Shown piece by piece: positions 18,972-29,197 of a stretch of 64,000 nt of DNA. The translations under genes were made by a program, and so were the position numbers. Origin of the DNA: a virus. Each line of letters begins with the position of its first letter. The first letter of the stretch is position 1. The notes beneath the pieces are model-generated. The model had not been told where the DNA came from. It ran no database searches and saw nothing but the letters and a program-made list of their open reading frames with translations. Location of the stretch: the IMG/VR virus record IMGVR_UViG_3300044846_005309, positions 32,001 through 96,000 of that record. One strand, given 5' to 3'.

Positions 18972-19431
18972 AAAAGTAGCGCCACCTAAAAAAGAAAAGA
19001 AGTTAAGCGCATCTGCGCAAGCTAAAAAAATTTATTATGTAAGCCCTAAAGAGTTTACAGATGAACTTAAAATGTACTATGAGAGTAATGTTATTACCGA
19101 TAAGCTTGCTTTGATGATAAAAAATATTGCTTATGGTTTAGCACATGCCCCTAATTTTATTAATTATACATTCAAAGAAGAAGCAATAGGGGATTCTTTA
19201 ATAAACATGTTTAATGCCATTAAAGAGAAAAAATACAAATTTGACCGTGGCTTTAACCCGTTTTCATACTTTAATTCTATAGCGTTTAACTGCTGGAGAT
19301 CTCGTATTAAGAAAGAAAAAAGAATGCGAGATACGTTAGCAGCTTATCAAGAAGAAGTTTATAGCGTGATCGGCCCGCAAGTAGGAGTTGATGACCCTAT
19401 AAATCCAATACACAAAAATAATGACATTTAA
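18913..19431 (+). CDS. late-transcription sigma factor (T4 gp55-like)
   Basis: 'YYV..KEF...IAYGLA..PNFINYT.KEE.IGD...NPFSYF..IAFN...RIKKEK'. Confidence 0.88.
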   Translation: MPLKKSKLPKKTLPKAAPAEKVAPPKKEKKLSASAQAKKIYYVSPKEFTDELKMYYESNVITDKLALMIKNIAYGLAHAPNFINYTFKEEAIGDSLINMFNAIKEKKYKFDRGFNPFSYFNSIAFNCWRSRIKKEKRMRDTLAAYQEEVYSVIGPQVGVDDPINPIHKNNDI

Positions 19432-20479
19432 AATTTATAACTCTGAAATTGGTATTTTTTCAGACCCACATTACGGAGTACATCGCAACAGTGAAACATG
19501 GCATAAGATTGCTTTAGATCACGCGAAGTGGGCTTGTGAACAATTCAAACAAAGAGGCATAAAAGATATAATAATACCCGGAGACATTTTTCATGATCGC
19601 AACGATATTGCTGTTAACACTCTTCACATTGCTACTGACATATTCGATATACTTCGCGACTTCAATATCATTATTACAGTCGGCAATCACGACGCTTATT
19701 ATCGTGATAATTCTACCGTTAACTCCGTCTCCGTACTTAGAGGCTGGTCTAACATTACTGTTATTGATACTCTTCAAGTTGTTAACCTCCAAGGAAAGAC
19801 GATAGCTTTTTGCCCGTGGGGTCAAGATATAAATGAAGTACCTAAGTGTGACTTAATTGTAGGACATTTTGAAATTAATAGTTTTAAAATGAATTCTTTT
19901 AAGGTCTGCACTAACGGTCTTAAATCCGCTGATCTTACCAGTAGAGCGCCGCTTACTATTTCAGGACATTTTCATCATAGAGAGGAAAGAAAATACAGCG
20001 AAGGTACTATTCTTTATGTAGGTTGCCCGTATCAGCAAGACTGGGGAGATTATAATACTACTAAAGGGCTTTATATTTTAGATTTAGATACTCTTTCGTA
20101 CGAGTTTATTGAAAACAATATTTCTCCGCGTTACAATAAGATTTATTACTCTGAAATCTTTAGCGGTAAACATACCGCTACAGTTATCAAACAGTTAATT
20201 GCAGGCAATATAGTAAAATTTATTATAGATAAGCAACTAGAACCAAGCTTGGTAGATGCTATTGTACGTAAGTTAGTCTCAGTAAAGCCTGTAGAGCTGA
20301 CAATAGATTATGACTATACTGAAATTAGTAAAATTAATAATGAACTTGCTAATACTAAGAATTTTAGCGTAAGTGTCGAAACTTCTATATCTGAATTTAT
20401 TGATTTTTTGGACATTAAAGATAAAGATAAAGTAAAGGCGTACGTTAATGACTTGTATTTACGCGCTAATAAAATATGA
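19421..20479 (+). CDS. recombination endonuclease subunit (T4 gp47/Mre11-like)
   Basis: SDPHYG, GDIFH, GNHD, GHF, SGHFH metallophosphoesterase motifs. Confidence 0.9.
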   Translation: MTFKIYNSEIGIFSDPHYGVHRNSETWHKIALDHAKWACEQFKQRGIKDIIIPGDIFHDRNDIAVNTLHIATDIFDILRDFNIIITVGNHDAYYRDNSTVNSVSVLRGWSNITVIDTLQVVNLQGKTIAFCPWGQDINEVPKCDLIVGHFEINSFKMNSFKVCTNGLKSADLTSRAPLTISGHFHHREERKYSEGTILYVGCPYQQDWGDYNTTKGLYILDLDTLSYEFIENNISPRYNKIYYSEIFSGKHTATVIKQLIAGNIVKFIIDKQLEPSLVDAIVRKLVSVKPVELTIDYDYTEISKINNELANTKNFSVSVETSISEFIDFLDIKDKDKVKAYVNDLYLRANKI

Positions 20480-22056
20480 GAGATATGAAACAAACATTAA
20501 GTATATACGGGGCTCATGATTGTAGTGCGGTATATATAGATAAAAATGAAGATCTAAAAATATTAGAATATGAGCGTTTAGTTAAAAAGCGTTATGCTGC
20601 GTTTTCAGATAAATTAGACACAAGAGAAGGTATAGGCTCTAACTTAGAAGAACGAAAAAAATTTTTAAATTATATTAAAGAAACATGTTATCATATCACA
20701 AAAGTACTACATAATGAAATTTCAAATACTGATATAGAGTTAATTAAAGATTTTTTTCCAGATGCGACTTTTTTTAAAAAAGACCACCATTTTTCTCATG
20801 CAATCTGTGGTTATAGACTATCCGGTTTCAAAGAAGCAATAATACTATCTATTGACGGTGGCGGTATAGATAGTAATGAAACTGTTTACACTAGAGTCTA
20901 TCACGCTAAAGATAATGATATTAAAACTGTTGAGACTTATAATATTAATTTAGGGGTACCTTACAGTTTTATAGCTAGTCCAATCTCTGAAATCAAACCT
21001 GGGCCCGACGACAGGTATCATTCTCTTGTATATGCAGGTAAAGTAATGGGATTATGCGCATATGGTCAAATAAAAAATGAATGGATAGAGCCGCTTAAAA
21101 AATTCTATATAACTAATAATAGTTCAAAGCTGGGACGAGATATCAATCTTAATCTGTCTTATAATGCTCTGTCTGGGCAATCTGGTTATGATTTAGCTGC
21201 AACTTCTCAAAAAGTGTTTGAAGAATATGTGCATGCTTTGCTAACTTCTGTGCTTAATCGATTTAATCATGATATAATTTTAGTAGGTGGTTGTGCATTA
21301 AACGTACTTTCAAACCAAAAAATTTATTCATGGCTTAAAAATAATAAGCCAAATATTAAGCTTTATGTACCGCCCAACCCGAACGACTGCGGACTCGCTT
21401 TAGGTCAATTTTTAACTGATCACCCAGAAGCAGTAAAGAAAGCTAATACATATTGCGGTTGGGATATTTTAGATAAAGATAAGTTTACTAACTATATAGA
21501 AGAGCGTAAAGCAACACCAGTAACTATTACAGAGATAGTAAATTTAATTAAATCAGGTAAAATTATTGGTATTATTGATGGTTGTTCAGAGGTCGGACCG
21601 CGAGCGCTAGGCAATAGAAGTATTATTTGTGACCCTACTCTTTCTGATATGAAAGATGTGCTTAATTTAAAAGTAAAGTTTAGAGAATGGTATAGGCCTT
21701 TCGCGCCGGTATGTAGGCTTGAAGATAAAGATTTATACTTTGAAGAAGCACCAGAAGCAGTTTATATGAGCTATGCTCCGAAAGTAAAAGAAGAATACAG
21801 AAACGTACTAAAAGCAATAACCCATATAGATAACACTTCAAGACTACAAACAGTCACGGAAAAACAACACAAGTTATTTTACAATATATTAACTGAATTA
21901 AAAAACCGCAATCAAATAGCGGTAATATTAAATACTTCTTTTAATATTAGAGGAAAACCCATACTGACCACATTACAAGATGCTTTGTATGTATTAGACA
22001 ATACGCAACTTGATTATGTTACTTCAAATGGATTTTTATTTAAAAAACAATTATGA
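20476..22056 (+). CDS. CmcH/NodU-family carbamoyltransferase
   Basis: HD, HHFSHA, DGGG, GKVMGL, GGCALN, PNDCG, E.GPRALGNRSI, K.RE.YRPFAP, LNTSFN. Confidence 0.92.
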   Translation: MRDMKQTLSIYGAHDCSAVYIDKNEDLKILEYERLVKKRYAAFSDKLDTREGIGSNLEERKKFLNYIKETCYHITKVLHNEISNTDIELIKDFFPDATFFKKDHHFSHAICGYRLSGFKEAIILSIDGGGIDSNETVYTRVYHAKDNDIKTVETYNINLGVPYSFIASPISEIKPGPDDRYHSLVYAGKVMGLCAYGQIKNEWIEPLKKFYITNNSSKLGRDINLNLSYNALSGQSGYDLAATSQKVFEEYVHALLTSVLNRFNHDIILVGGCALNVLSNQKIYSWLKNNKPNIKLYVPPNPNDCGLALGQFLTDHPEAVKKANTYCGWDILDKDKFTNYIEERKATPVTITEIVNLIKSGKIIGIIDGCSEVGPRALGNRSIICDPTLSDMKDVLNLKVKFREWYRPFAPVCRLEDKDLYFEEAPEAVYMSYAPKVKEEYRNVLKAITHIDNTSRLQTVTEKQHKLFYNILTELKNRNQIAVILNTSFNIRGKPILTTLQDALYVLDNTQLDYVTSNGFLFKKQL

Positions 22057-22850
22057 AAATTGGAGCTGCAATTATAGCCTGTGATAGAGTAGACTTTACA
22101 GAGCAATGTATAGACAGTATACTTGCTAATAAACAAGATTTAAATGAACTACTAGTTATTAATGACGGCTTACCGTGGTATTGCAATAAAAATATAGAAA
22201 TTAAACAAAATTTACCTTCTTATCAAACCGTAGGTGTTGCTAAAAATAACGGTATAAAAGAATTAATAAATAGAGGTTGTGATCATATATTTCTTATAGA
22301 AAATGATATGATTATTAAATCTTCTTCTATTTTTAAAAAATATATAGAAACTGCTAAAGCTACAGGTATAACTCATTTAAACTTTGGCTATCATGGGCCG
22401 GCTAATAGAACTAGAGACTACTCTAAGCCTAATCCACGCTATATAGTAGAGTATCCAAAAAATATAAAAGTCGCTTTAAATACACATTCGGTAGGAGCTT
22501 TTTCATATTTTGATAAACGCTTTATCGAGGAAGTGGGTATACACGATACATATTTCAAAAATGCCTGGGAGCATGTTGAGCTTTGTCAGCGCGGTATTAA
22601 GAAAGGTTTATTACCTGCTTTTTGGTGGTTTCCAGATGTAGAAGGTAGTAGCGACTTAATAGAGGAAATACCTCTTTCCATTCAAAAAAGTTCTATTACA
22701 CATACTGAGGAATGGACAGCAAATATGAAAAAAGGCGCTGAATATTATAAAAAACAACACGGTTGGATACCCATTCATACTCCAGACACTTCCCTTGATA
22801 CAGTATTAAACAATCTTAAAATTATTTATAAAAAATACAAAAGTGTGTAA
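22053..22850 (+). CDS. GT2-like glycosyltransferase
   Basis: VINDG, GVAKN, FLIEND, WEHVE. Confidence 0.75.
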   Translation: MKIGAAIIACDRVDFTEQCIDSILANKQDLNELLVINDGLPWYCNKNIEIKQNLPSYQTVGVAKNNGIKELINRGCDHIFLIENDMIIKSSSIFKKYIETAKATGITHLNFGYHGPANRTRDYSKPNPRYIVEYPKNIKVALNTHSVGAFSYFDKRFIEEVGIHDTYFKNAWEHVELCQRGIKKGLLPAFWWFPDVEGSSDLIEEIPLSIQKSSITHTEEWTANMKKGAEYYKKQHGWIPIHTPDTSLDTVLNNLKIIYKKYKSV

Positions 22851-22854
22851 CAGT

Positions 22855-23658
22855 ATGATTAAAATACCTCTTAAAGATAAAACTTTCGGTCACTGTTTAT
22901 ATAGTAATAACCCGCAACCCCCCACTTCATTTTCAAAATTTATAGACTGGGAAAGAAATGTAATAAATGAAAAGACAGTTTATACAGATTTCTGTATAGA
23001 AGAGGCTCCCACTAATGCAGTGGTATGGCTTATAGAACCAAGAGATTTAATACCTCATATATATTCATACGTAGAAAAAAACGCTTTTAAATTTAAAAAA
23101 ATCTGGACCCATAACACAGACATTTTACAAAAATACCCTCACGCAGTTTTTTTGCCTCTCGGGGGGTGCTGGATAAAAAATGAAGACCAAAAAATTTATA
23201 ATAAAACTAAATCTTTTTCTATTATTGCTTCTGGTAAAAGACAGCTTTCAGGTCATAAATTAAGGCATGAAATTATTTTAGCGAGTGATAATAAAATAGA
23301 TGTGTATGGTAATGGTTATAATCCTATACCATACAAATTAGAAGGTTTAAGAGATTACCGTTATCATTTTGCTATAGAAAACTGCAAGAAAGATTTTTGG
23401 TTTACTGAAAAACTTATTGACTGTTTAAACACAGGCACTATACCTATTTACTGGGGCTGTCCTTCAATTCATAAATATTTCAATACAGAAGGTTTTATTA
23501 TTTTTGACACACTGCCTGAATTAAAAGAAAAACTTAAATTATGTACTCCAGAATACTACGAAAGTAGATTACCTTTTATAAAAGAAAATTTCGAACGAGC
23601 ACAGAATTTTATTTTAGCAGAAGATTGGATATATAAAAATAAACTTTATTTAATTTAA
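22855..23658 (+). CDS. GT10-like fucosyltransferase
   Basis: YRYHFAIEN...FTEK..DC...GTIPIYWG motif. Confidence 0.75.
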   Translation: MIKIPLKDKTFGHCLYSNNPQPPTSFSKFIDWERNVINEKTVYTDFCIEEAPTNAVVWLIEPRDLIPHIYSYVEKNAFKFKKIWTHNTDILQKYPHAVFLPLGGCWIKNEDQKIYNKTKSFSIIASGKRQLSGHKLRHEIILASDNKIDVYGNGYNPIPYKLEGLRDYRYHFAIENCKKDFWFTEKLIDCLNTGTIPIYWGCPSIHKYFNTEGFIIFDTLPELKEKLKLCTPEYYESRLPFIKENFERAQNFILAEDWIYKNKLYLI

Positions 23659-23671
23659 AATTAAATATAAC

Positions 23672-24598
23672 ATGCAAACTAAAATTTTAGTTACTGGTGG
23701 TACAGGCATGGTAGGTCGCCATTTAAGAGATTTAGGTCTTTCTGCAATTTATGTAGGCTCTAAACAAGCAGACTTAACAAAATATAATGAAGTAGATGAA
23801 TTATTTAATTTTATCAGGCCCACTACTGTAGTGCATTTAGCTGCAAAAGTGGGTGGTATATTAGATAATATTAAAAACCCTATAAGTTTTTACGAAAACA
23901 ATATAGATATTAATACAAATGTAGTTAAATGCGCCTACAAGTATGGGTGTACACGTTTTGTCGGGGTGCTCAGTACTTGTATATACCCCGATAACTTAAA
24001 TCCAGACTGCTACCCTTTAACAGAAGATAAAATACATGACGGACCTCCAACTATAACTAATTTTTCATATGGTTACGCTAAACGTTGTTTAGATGTACAT
24101 CTTAAGTGTTATCAAAAACAACATAATTTGCAGTATAATAGTTTAATACCATGTAATCTTTATTCAGAGTACGATCATTTTGAAGGGGATAAAGCTCATT
24201 TCGTGACTAGTCTTGTACGTAAAATAGCCTTAGCGAAAATCAATAAAAAAGATAGTATAGAACTGTACGGTACGGGTAAGCCTTTAAGACAATTCATGCA
24301 TGCTGAAGATTTTGCAAGAGCAATTATACAGTATACAAAAGGGGAATATTATGCGGATTTAAACATAGCAACACCTGAAGTTTATACTATTAAACAAATA
24401 GCTGAAATAGCTCTTGAAGCATGTGATGCAACTTCTTTAAAAATTAACTGGGATAGGTCTAAGCCTGACGGGCAACACAGAAAAGATGTCACTGATAATA
24501 AGTTTAAACAATTTTTTCCACACTTTAAATATACTACTTTAAAGGATGGTATAAAGAGAACTTTTGATAATTATTATCATGGTATGGTTATTAAATGA
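23672..24598 (+). CDS. GDP-L-fucose/GDP-colitose synthase (Fcl/ColC-like epimerase-reductase)
   Basis: GGTGMVG, HLAAKVGGI, STCIYP, YGYAKR, PCNLY, GTGKPLRQF, KPDG. Confidence 0.9.
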   Translation: MQTKILVTGGTGMVGRHLRDLGLSAIYVGSKQADLTKYNEVDELFNFIRPTTVVHLAAKVGGILDNIKNPISFYENNIDINTNVVKCAYKYGCTRFVGVLSTCIYPDNLNPDCYPLTEDKIHDGPPTITNFSYGYAKRCLDVHLKCYQKQHNLQYNSLIPCNLYSEYDHFEGDKAHFVTSLVRKIALAKINKKDSIELYGTGKPLRQFMHAEDFARAIIQYTKGEYYADLNIATPEVYTIKQIAEIALEACDATSLKINWDRSKPDGQHRKDVTDNKFKQFFPHFKYTTLKDGIKRTFDNYYHGMVIK

Positions 24599-25757
24599 AT
24601 CTAATTTTACTTGGAAGGACCGTCTTAAGATTTGCGCGTTCTTCTTAAACAAAAAGAAATTCTGGACAATGGCAGATGAGGTCTCAAAATTTGAGACTAG
24701 AATGGCTGAGTATGTTGGCAGTAAATATGCTATTTTTGTATCGAGTGGCTCAACTGCGAACACTTTAATAGCTATGCACTTAAAAGATAGGTTAAGGGCA
24801 GAAGGAAAAAATATCGTTATTTTTCCTTCTACTACATGGATTACTTCAGTTTCCCCGTTTCTTAGAGAAGGCTTTACCCCGCACTTTATAGATATTACTT
24901 TAAAAGACTTAAGTTTAGATTTAGAAAAACTCGAAGAATATTTAAAACTTAACTGCAATAAAGTTGCATGTGTATTTGTAACGAGCTTATTAGGTTTCAG
25001 TCCAAATATAGATAAACTTTATGATTTAAGTGTAAAATATGGAGTCAAAATAATGTTAGACAACTGCGAGTCTACTTTCACTCGTTATAAAGAACGTAAT
25101 ATTTCTTTTTATTTTACCTCTACTACTAGTACATATTTTGGTCATCAAATACAAAGTGTAGAGGGCGGTTTTGTGTTTACAAACTGCAAAAAAGAAAGGG
25201 ATTACTTTCTTATGGCCAGAAATCACGGAATGGTACGCAGTCTTTCTACGGAAGAAGATAAAATTCCTTTCCGCAATCTAGATGTTGATAGTCGTTTTGA
25301 TTTTAATTTATTAGGAAATAATTTTAGAAATACTAATATTAACGCATACATTGGTCAGTTAGACATTAAAAGAGCAACCAAATATACTAAAAAAAGAAAA
25401 GAATTGTATAGTTTTTATTTAGATAAAGTAAAAAATATTTCCCTTTTACAAACAATTGAAATGAGAACAGGATTATACGAAGATGTACCTTTTTCTTTTC
25501 CTATAATTTTTACCGAAGGTGGAATAAAAAAAGATATTGAAACCCGGGTACTCGGTGCAGATATTGAAACTAGGCCTATTATTTCAGGCAATCTTTTAAG
25601 ACAAACTTGTCTTAAAGAAATTGCAGATGCTAGGTCTTTTCCAGTAAGCGATTTTATACATAAAAATGGTTTTTATGTAGGGCTACATAATAGAGTTACT
25701 AAAAAACACGTTACTGAGCTTGTAGAAATTCTAAAAACCGGCCTGTCATATTTTTAA
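24579..25757 (+). CDS. PLP-dependent DegT-family enzyme, ColD-type (GDP-4-keto-6-deoxymannose 3-dehydratase-like)
   Basis: SSGSTAN, DNCES, YFGHQIQSVEGG with His in place of the Schiff-base Lys, RNHG, ETRPIISGN. Confidence 0.8.
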   Translation: MVWLLNESNFTWKDRLKICAFFLNKKKFWTMADEVSKFETRMAEYVGSKYAIFVSSGSTANTLIAMHLKDRLRAEGKNIVIFPSTTWITSVSPFLREGFTPHFIDITLKDLSLDLEKLEEYLKLNCNKVACVFVTSLLGFSPNIDKLYDLSVKYGVKIMLDNCESTFTRYKERNISFYFTSTTSTYFGHQIQSVEGGFVFTNCKKERDYFLMARNHGMVRSLSTEEDKIPFRNLDVDSRFDFNLLGNNFRNTNINAYIGQLDIKRATKYTKKRKELYSFYLDKVKNISLLQTIEMRTGLYEDVPFSFPIIFTEGGIKKDIETRVLGADIETRPIISGNLLRQTCLKEIADARSFPVSDFIHKNGFYVGLHNRVTKKHVTELVEILKTGLSYF

Positions 25758-26561
25758 CCAACTCTCTGGTATTACATCTTTGGGATCAATAACACCTTCA
25801 TAGGCAGGTCCAAACCATTTTTTAGGCCCGACCACTATTTTTTTAGGGTTAATATTTAACCAAGCAGCCCACCAGCTAAATGAACTGTTAGCTATTACGT
25901 TATGCGCGCACATACTCATTGCACACATATCTTCAAAAGGATTAGTAAGCGTAGAAAAAAATACTCTTGAATCTTGTGCAAAAGCTTGTTTGCACCATTC
26001 AATATCATCAGAGAAAATTAAATAATATTTAGTTTTAATTGACTTACAAGCTTTTATATAATACTCCTGCGGCATAAGTGGGTGATGTTCTTGTTTATGT
26101 ACGTAATCCCCTCTACGTAAATGTAAGGAGGTCGTATTTTCAGGCTCTATATTTAACTGCTTAAACAATTGCACAGCTTGTTCCTTAATTTCAGGCTTGA
26201 ATTGAAAATTGTCTATAATGTAATTTTTATTATGAATGAAATATTTTTCACTTTGAAAATAGCCAGCTAAATCAGTATTATCAGGCTGTTCTAGTACTTT
26301 ACTATCATAATGAAACCAGCGCTCATTATAAACGTTTAATTTCATCTGGCCTAGTTCTTCTATAGTTATAGAAGGAGTTTTAATAATAAAACCTTCTGCT
26401 ATAGATCTGTTCATACAATTATAATTAATATCAAAGTATGAAGGCCTTAAAGGAATTTTTACTTCATACCCTTTACTTTTACCTAAAGACAATAAAACTG
26501 CATACTGAAACATAGAATTGCCTATGTTACCGTGCACCCCCAATTTAGAGTATGTTATCAT
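25746..26561 (-). CDS. GT11 alpha-1,2-fucosyl/colitosyltransferase
   Basis: GNIGNSMFQYA, GYFQSEKYF, HLRRGDY, FSDDIEW, NSSFSWWAAWL. Confidence 0.9.
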   Translation of the reverse strand: MITYSKLGVHGNIGNSMFQYAVLLSLGKSKGYEVKIPLRPSYFDINYNCMNRSIAEGFIIKTPSITIEELGQMKLNVYNERWFHYDSKVLEQPDNTDLAGYFQSEKYFIHNKNYIIDNFQFKPEIKEQAVQLFKQLNIEPENTTSLHLRRGDYVHKQEHHPLMPQEYYIKACKSIKTKYYLIFSDDIEWCKQAFAQDSRVFFSTLTNPFEDMCAMSMCAHNVIANSSFSWWAAWLNINPKKIVVGPKKWFGPAYEGVIDPKDVIPESWLKI

Positions 26562-26572
26562 TTTAAAAAAAA

Positions 26573-27325
26573 TTATTCTATCCAATTCCAATTTTTAATT
26601 TCTTGTTTTAATTCTTCTTTAGTTAATTTTGAAACTCTGTTGTATTCATTTAAGTTAGAAGCAATATATGGATTGTGGTTATAAGAAGTATCTTTTCTTT
26701 CATGAGTTAAGTGCAATAAAGGATCTGAGACTCTACCAAACTTATAACCAAGTCGGCTGAATCTTGTATAAATTTCATTATCTTCATACCCCAGCCCTTT
26801 AAAGTTTTCGTTGGCGCCACCGCCCTCCCAAAAAACAGAAGCATTAAAAAAGACCGCTCCACCAACTGAATGCGGGTTAAATAAAGTGCAATGCTCTAAA
26901 GTAACATGTTCTGTACTTGCTGTACTTTTAATTTTTTCATGAAATTGTTTAGGTACATCGTAAAACCGACCATCATATGGATAAACAATATCAGCATCCT
27001 TATTCATAATAATTTTTGTAGCTTTTTTAAGCTGGTTAGGAGTAAACAAAACGTCTGCATCATAATGCGCGATTATAGAGGTTTTCGCGTATTTTGCAGC
27101 TAAATTTACACCCCGTTGCCTATTAAAAAATTCTTCTGTTTTACAAAAAACGTACCCGCAGTTGTATTTATTTGCTAATTTAGGGGATACGTCTTGCTCA
27201 CAAAGCACAATATTTGTGTCAAAGTTGGTTTGCAAATATGGGATAGTAATATCTAAATTTTTAACTCTATCTTCACTATCTACTTTAATTGCAATTAAAA
27301 ATGTAACGTTTTTTAAGTCTACCAT
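26573..27325 (-). CDS. GT2/GT7C-like glycosyltransferase
   Basis: HYDADV, GG.NENFKGLGYED, HLTH. Confidence 0.8.
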   Translation of the reverse strand: MVDLKNVTFLIAIKVDSEDRVKNLDITIPYLQTNFDTNIVLCEQDVSPKLANKYNCGYVFCKTEEFFNRQRGVNLAAKYAKTSIIAHYDADVLFTPNQLKKATKIIMNKDADIVYPYDGRFYDVPKQFHEKIKSTASTEHVTLEHCTLFNPHSVGGAVFFNASVFWEGGGANENFKGLGYEDNEIYTRFSRLGYKFGRVSDPLLHLTHERKDTSYNHNPYIASNLNEYNRVSKLTKEELKQEIKNWNWIE

Positions 27326-27373
27326 ATTTTTATTTACAGTAGATTTAAAATTATTACACTCTAATATTAGCAT

Positions 27374-29197
27374 ATGCGGTATATTCATTTTAAGAGGCTT
27401 AAAGCTACTAATTTTCTTTCTATTGGTAAGAAGCCTGTTGAAGTTGTATTCCGTCCCGGTCTTAATATTATTACCGGCCGTAATTTTGATAAAGCTGATC
27501 GAGCTAACGGAGTAGGCAAATCAACTATTGCAGATGCAATGCATTTTGCATTGTATGGAAGCACCATAAGAGAACTAAAGAAAGAAAACATAGTAAATGA
27601 TCAAGCCCCGGATAGTCTTTGTGAAGTAGAACTCGAGTTTGTTTGCATACAAGGAGAAACTAGTAACACTTATAAGATAGTAAGAACGCTCAATCCAACC
27701 AAATGTTATCTCTTTATGAACGATCAAGAAATAACTCGTTCAGGGGTACCGCAAACTACTGAGTATATTGTTGATATAATTAAAACTTCTTCTGAAGTTT
27801 TCCAGAATAGTGTAGTAATGACTATTAACAACACTGTACCTTTTATGGCGCAGAAAAAAGTTGAAAAGCGCAAATTCATTGAAGGCATACTCGGGCTTGA
27901 AGTGTTCGGTAATATGCTGCTTTTTGCACGTCATGACTACAATGAAACCAAACGTAATCTAGAAGTAGAAACAACTAAATTTGAAGAGATAAATCGCTCT
28001 TTACAGGATAATATAAAACAAAAAGAACTTTACGACGCAAACAAAGAAAAGAGACTTGAAACGCTTAAAGTACGTCAAACTAATAATAGTAATGAGCTTT
28101 TTCTGCTTAAAGAAAAATTAGATAAGTTTGAGCCGGTAGATAGTGAAGCTAAAGCAAAACTAGAAGAAGAGCTTAAAAATTTTACTAATGCTAAAAAAAT
28201 ATTAGCCGGAAATTTGCTAGAAACGGAAAGACTTATTACCGAGGCTAACACCCATATTAAAATTAATACCGATCGTAATAAAAAAATAAAAAAAGTAAAC
28301 AGTCTATGCCCCCATTGCGGAAAAGATTTGGCCGAAGCTGTCAATACTCAATACGAAAAAGATAAAAATGATTGTATAAGAGAAATTGAAAAGTACGAAG
28401 AAGTACTAAAAACTAATACCCCTAAACACAAGGATATTACTAGTAAAATTAGTAAATTAGAAGAAAATTTAATTAAACTGCAAAACAGGTTTAACGAGTT
28501 TGTTATACGCAAAAAAGAAATAGAAAATATAAATTCAAGAATTACCCAGTTAGACGCATGGCAACAGCAACTATCTATAGATATAGACAATCTTAATAAG
28601 GATTCAAATAATTTTGAAAAGATTATTCTAGATATAACGTCCCGCATAAACGAAACCAAAACTGGTATAACCGCTTTGCAGACACGTATTGAAATAATTG
28701 AAAACGCTAAACTAATAGTTTCAGAAGAAGGAGTAAAATCCTATATAGTTAAGAAGATTATTGAAGTATTAAACACTAGATTAGGGTTCTACTTGAAAAA
28801 ACTTGAAAGTAACAGTATTGTGCGTTTTAATGAGTTTTTTGAAGAAATTATTACTAACGAGCGAGGCAAAGAATGTAGCTATTTTAATTTTTCAGGAGCT
28901 GAGCGTAAGGCTATAGATCTAGCCATGCTTTTTACTTTTCAGGATATAAGAAGAGCACAGGCTCAAGTATGTCTTAATTTATCTATGTTTGACGAGCTTT
29001 TTGACTCGTCTTTGGATGAAAAAGGTATTGAGTTAGTACTTGATATTCTTAAAGAAAGAGTAGATAACTATAATGAAGCTATTTATATTATTTCTCACCG
29101 TAAAGAAAGTAAAAAGTACTGTATAGGCGGAGAAATAATCTTCTTAGTAAAGAAAAACGGCATTACCACACGAACAACTAACTATGACTTATCCTAA
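27374..29197 (+). CDS. recombination ATPase subunit (T4 gp46/Rad50-like)
   Basis: NFLSIG, NGVGKST, CPHC hook, FSGAE, FDELFDSSLD, ISH. Confidence 0.92.
   Translation: MRYIHFKRLKATNFLSIGKKPVEVVFRPGLNIITGRNFDKADRANGVGKSTIADAMHFALYGSTIRELKKENIVNDQAPDSLCEVELEFVCIQGETSNTYKIVRTLNPTKCYLFMNDQEITRSGVPQTTEYIVDIIKTSSEVFQNSVVMTINNTVPFMAQKKVEKRKFIEGILGLEVFGNMLLFARHDYNETKRNLEVETTKFEEINRSLQDNIKQKELYDANKEKRLETLKVRQTNNSNELFLLKEKLDKFEPVDSEAKAKLEEELKNFTNAKKILAGNLLETERLITEANTHIKINTDRNKKIKKVNSLCPHCGKDLAEAVNTQYEKDKNDCIREIEKYEEVLKTNTPKHKDITSKISKLEENLIKLQNRFNEFVIRKKEIENINSRITQLDAWQQQLSIDIDNLNKDSNNFEKIILDITSRINETKTGITALQTRIEIIENAKLIVSEEGVKSYIVKKIIEVLNTRLGFYLKKLESNSIVRFNEFFEEIITNERGKECSYFNFSGAERKAIDLAMLFTFQDIRRAQAQVCLNLSMFDELFDSSLDEKGIELVLDILKERVDNYNEAIYIISHRKESKKYCIGGEIIFLVKKNGITTRTTNYDLS

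Noticed and set aside
20476-22056. Carbamoyltransferase as a 5hmC-DNA carbamoylase
   Set aside because: No dCMP hydroxymethylase in the window and the neighbours are sugar enzymes; not excluded genome-wide.
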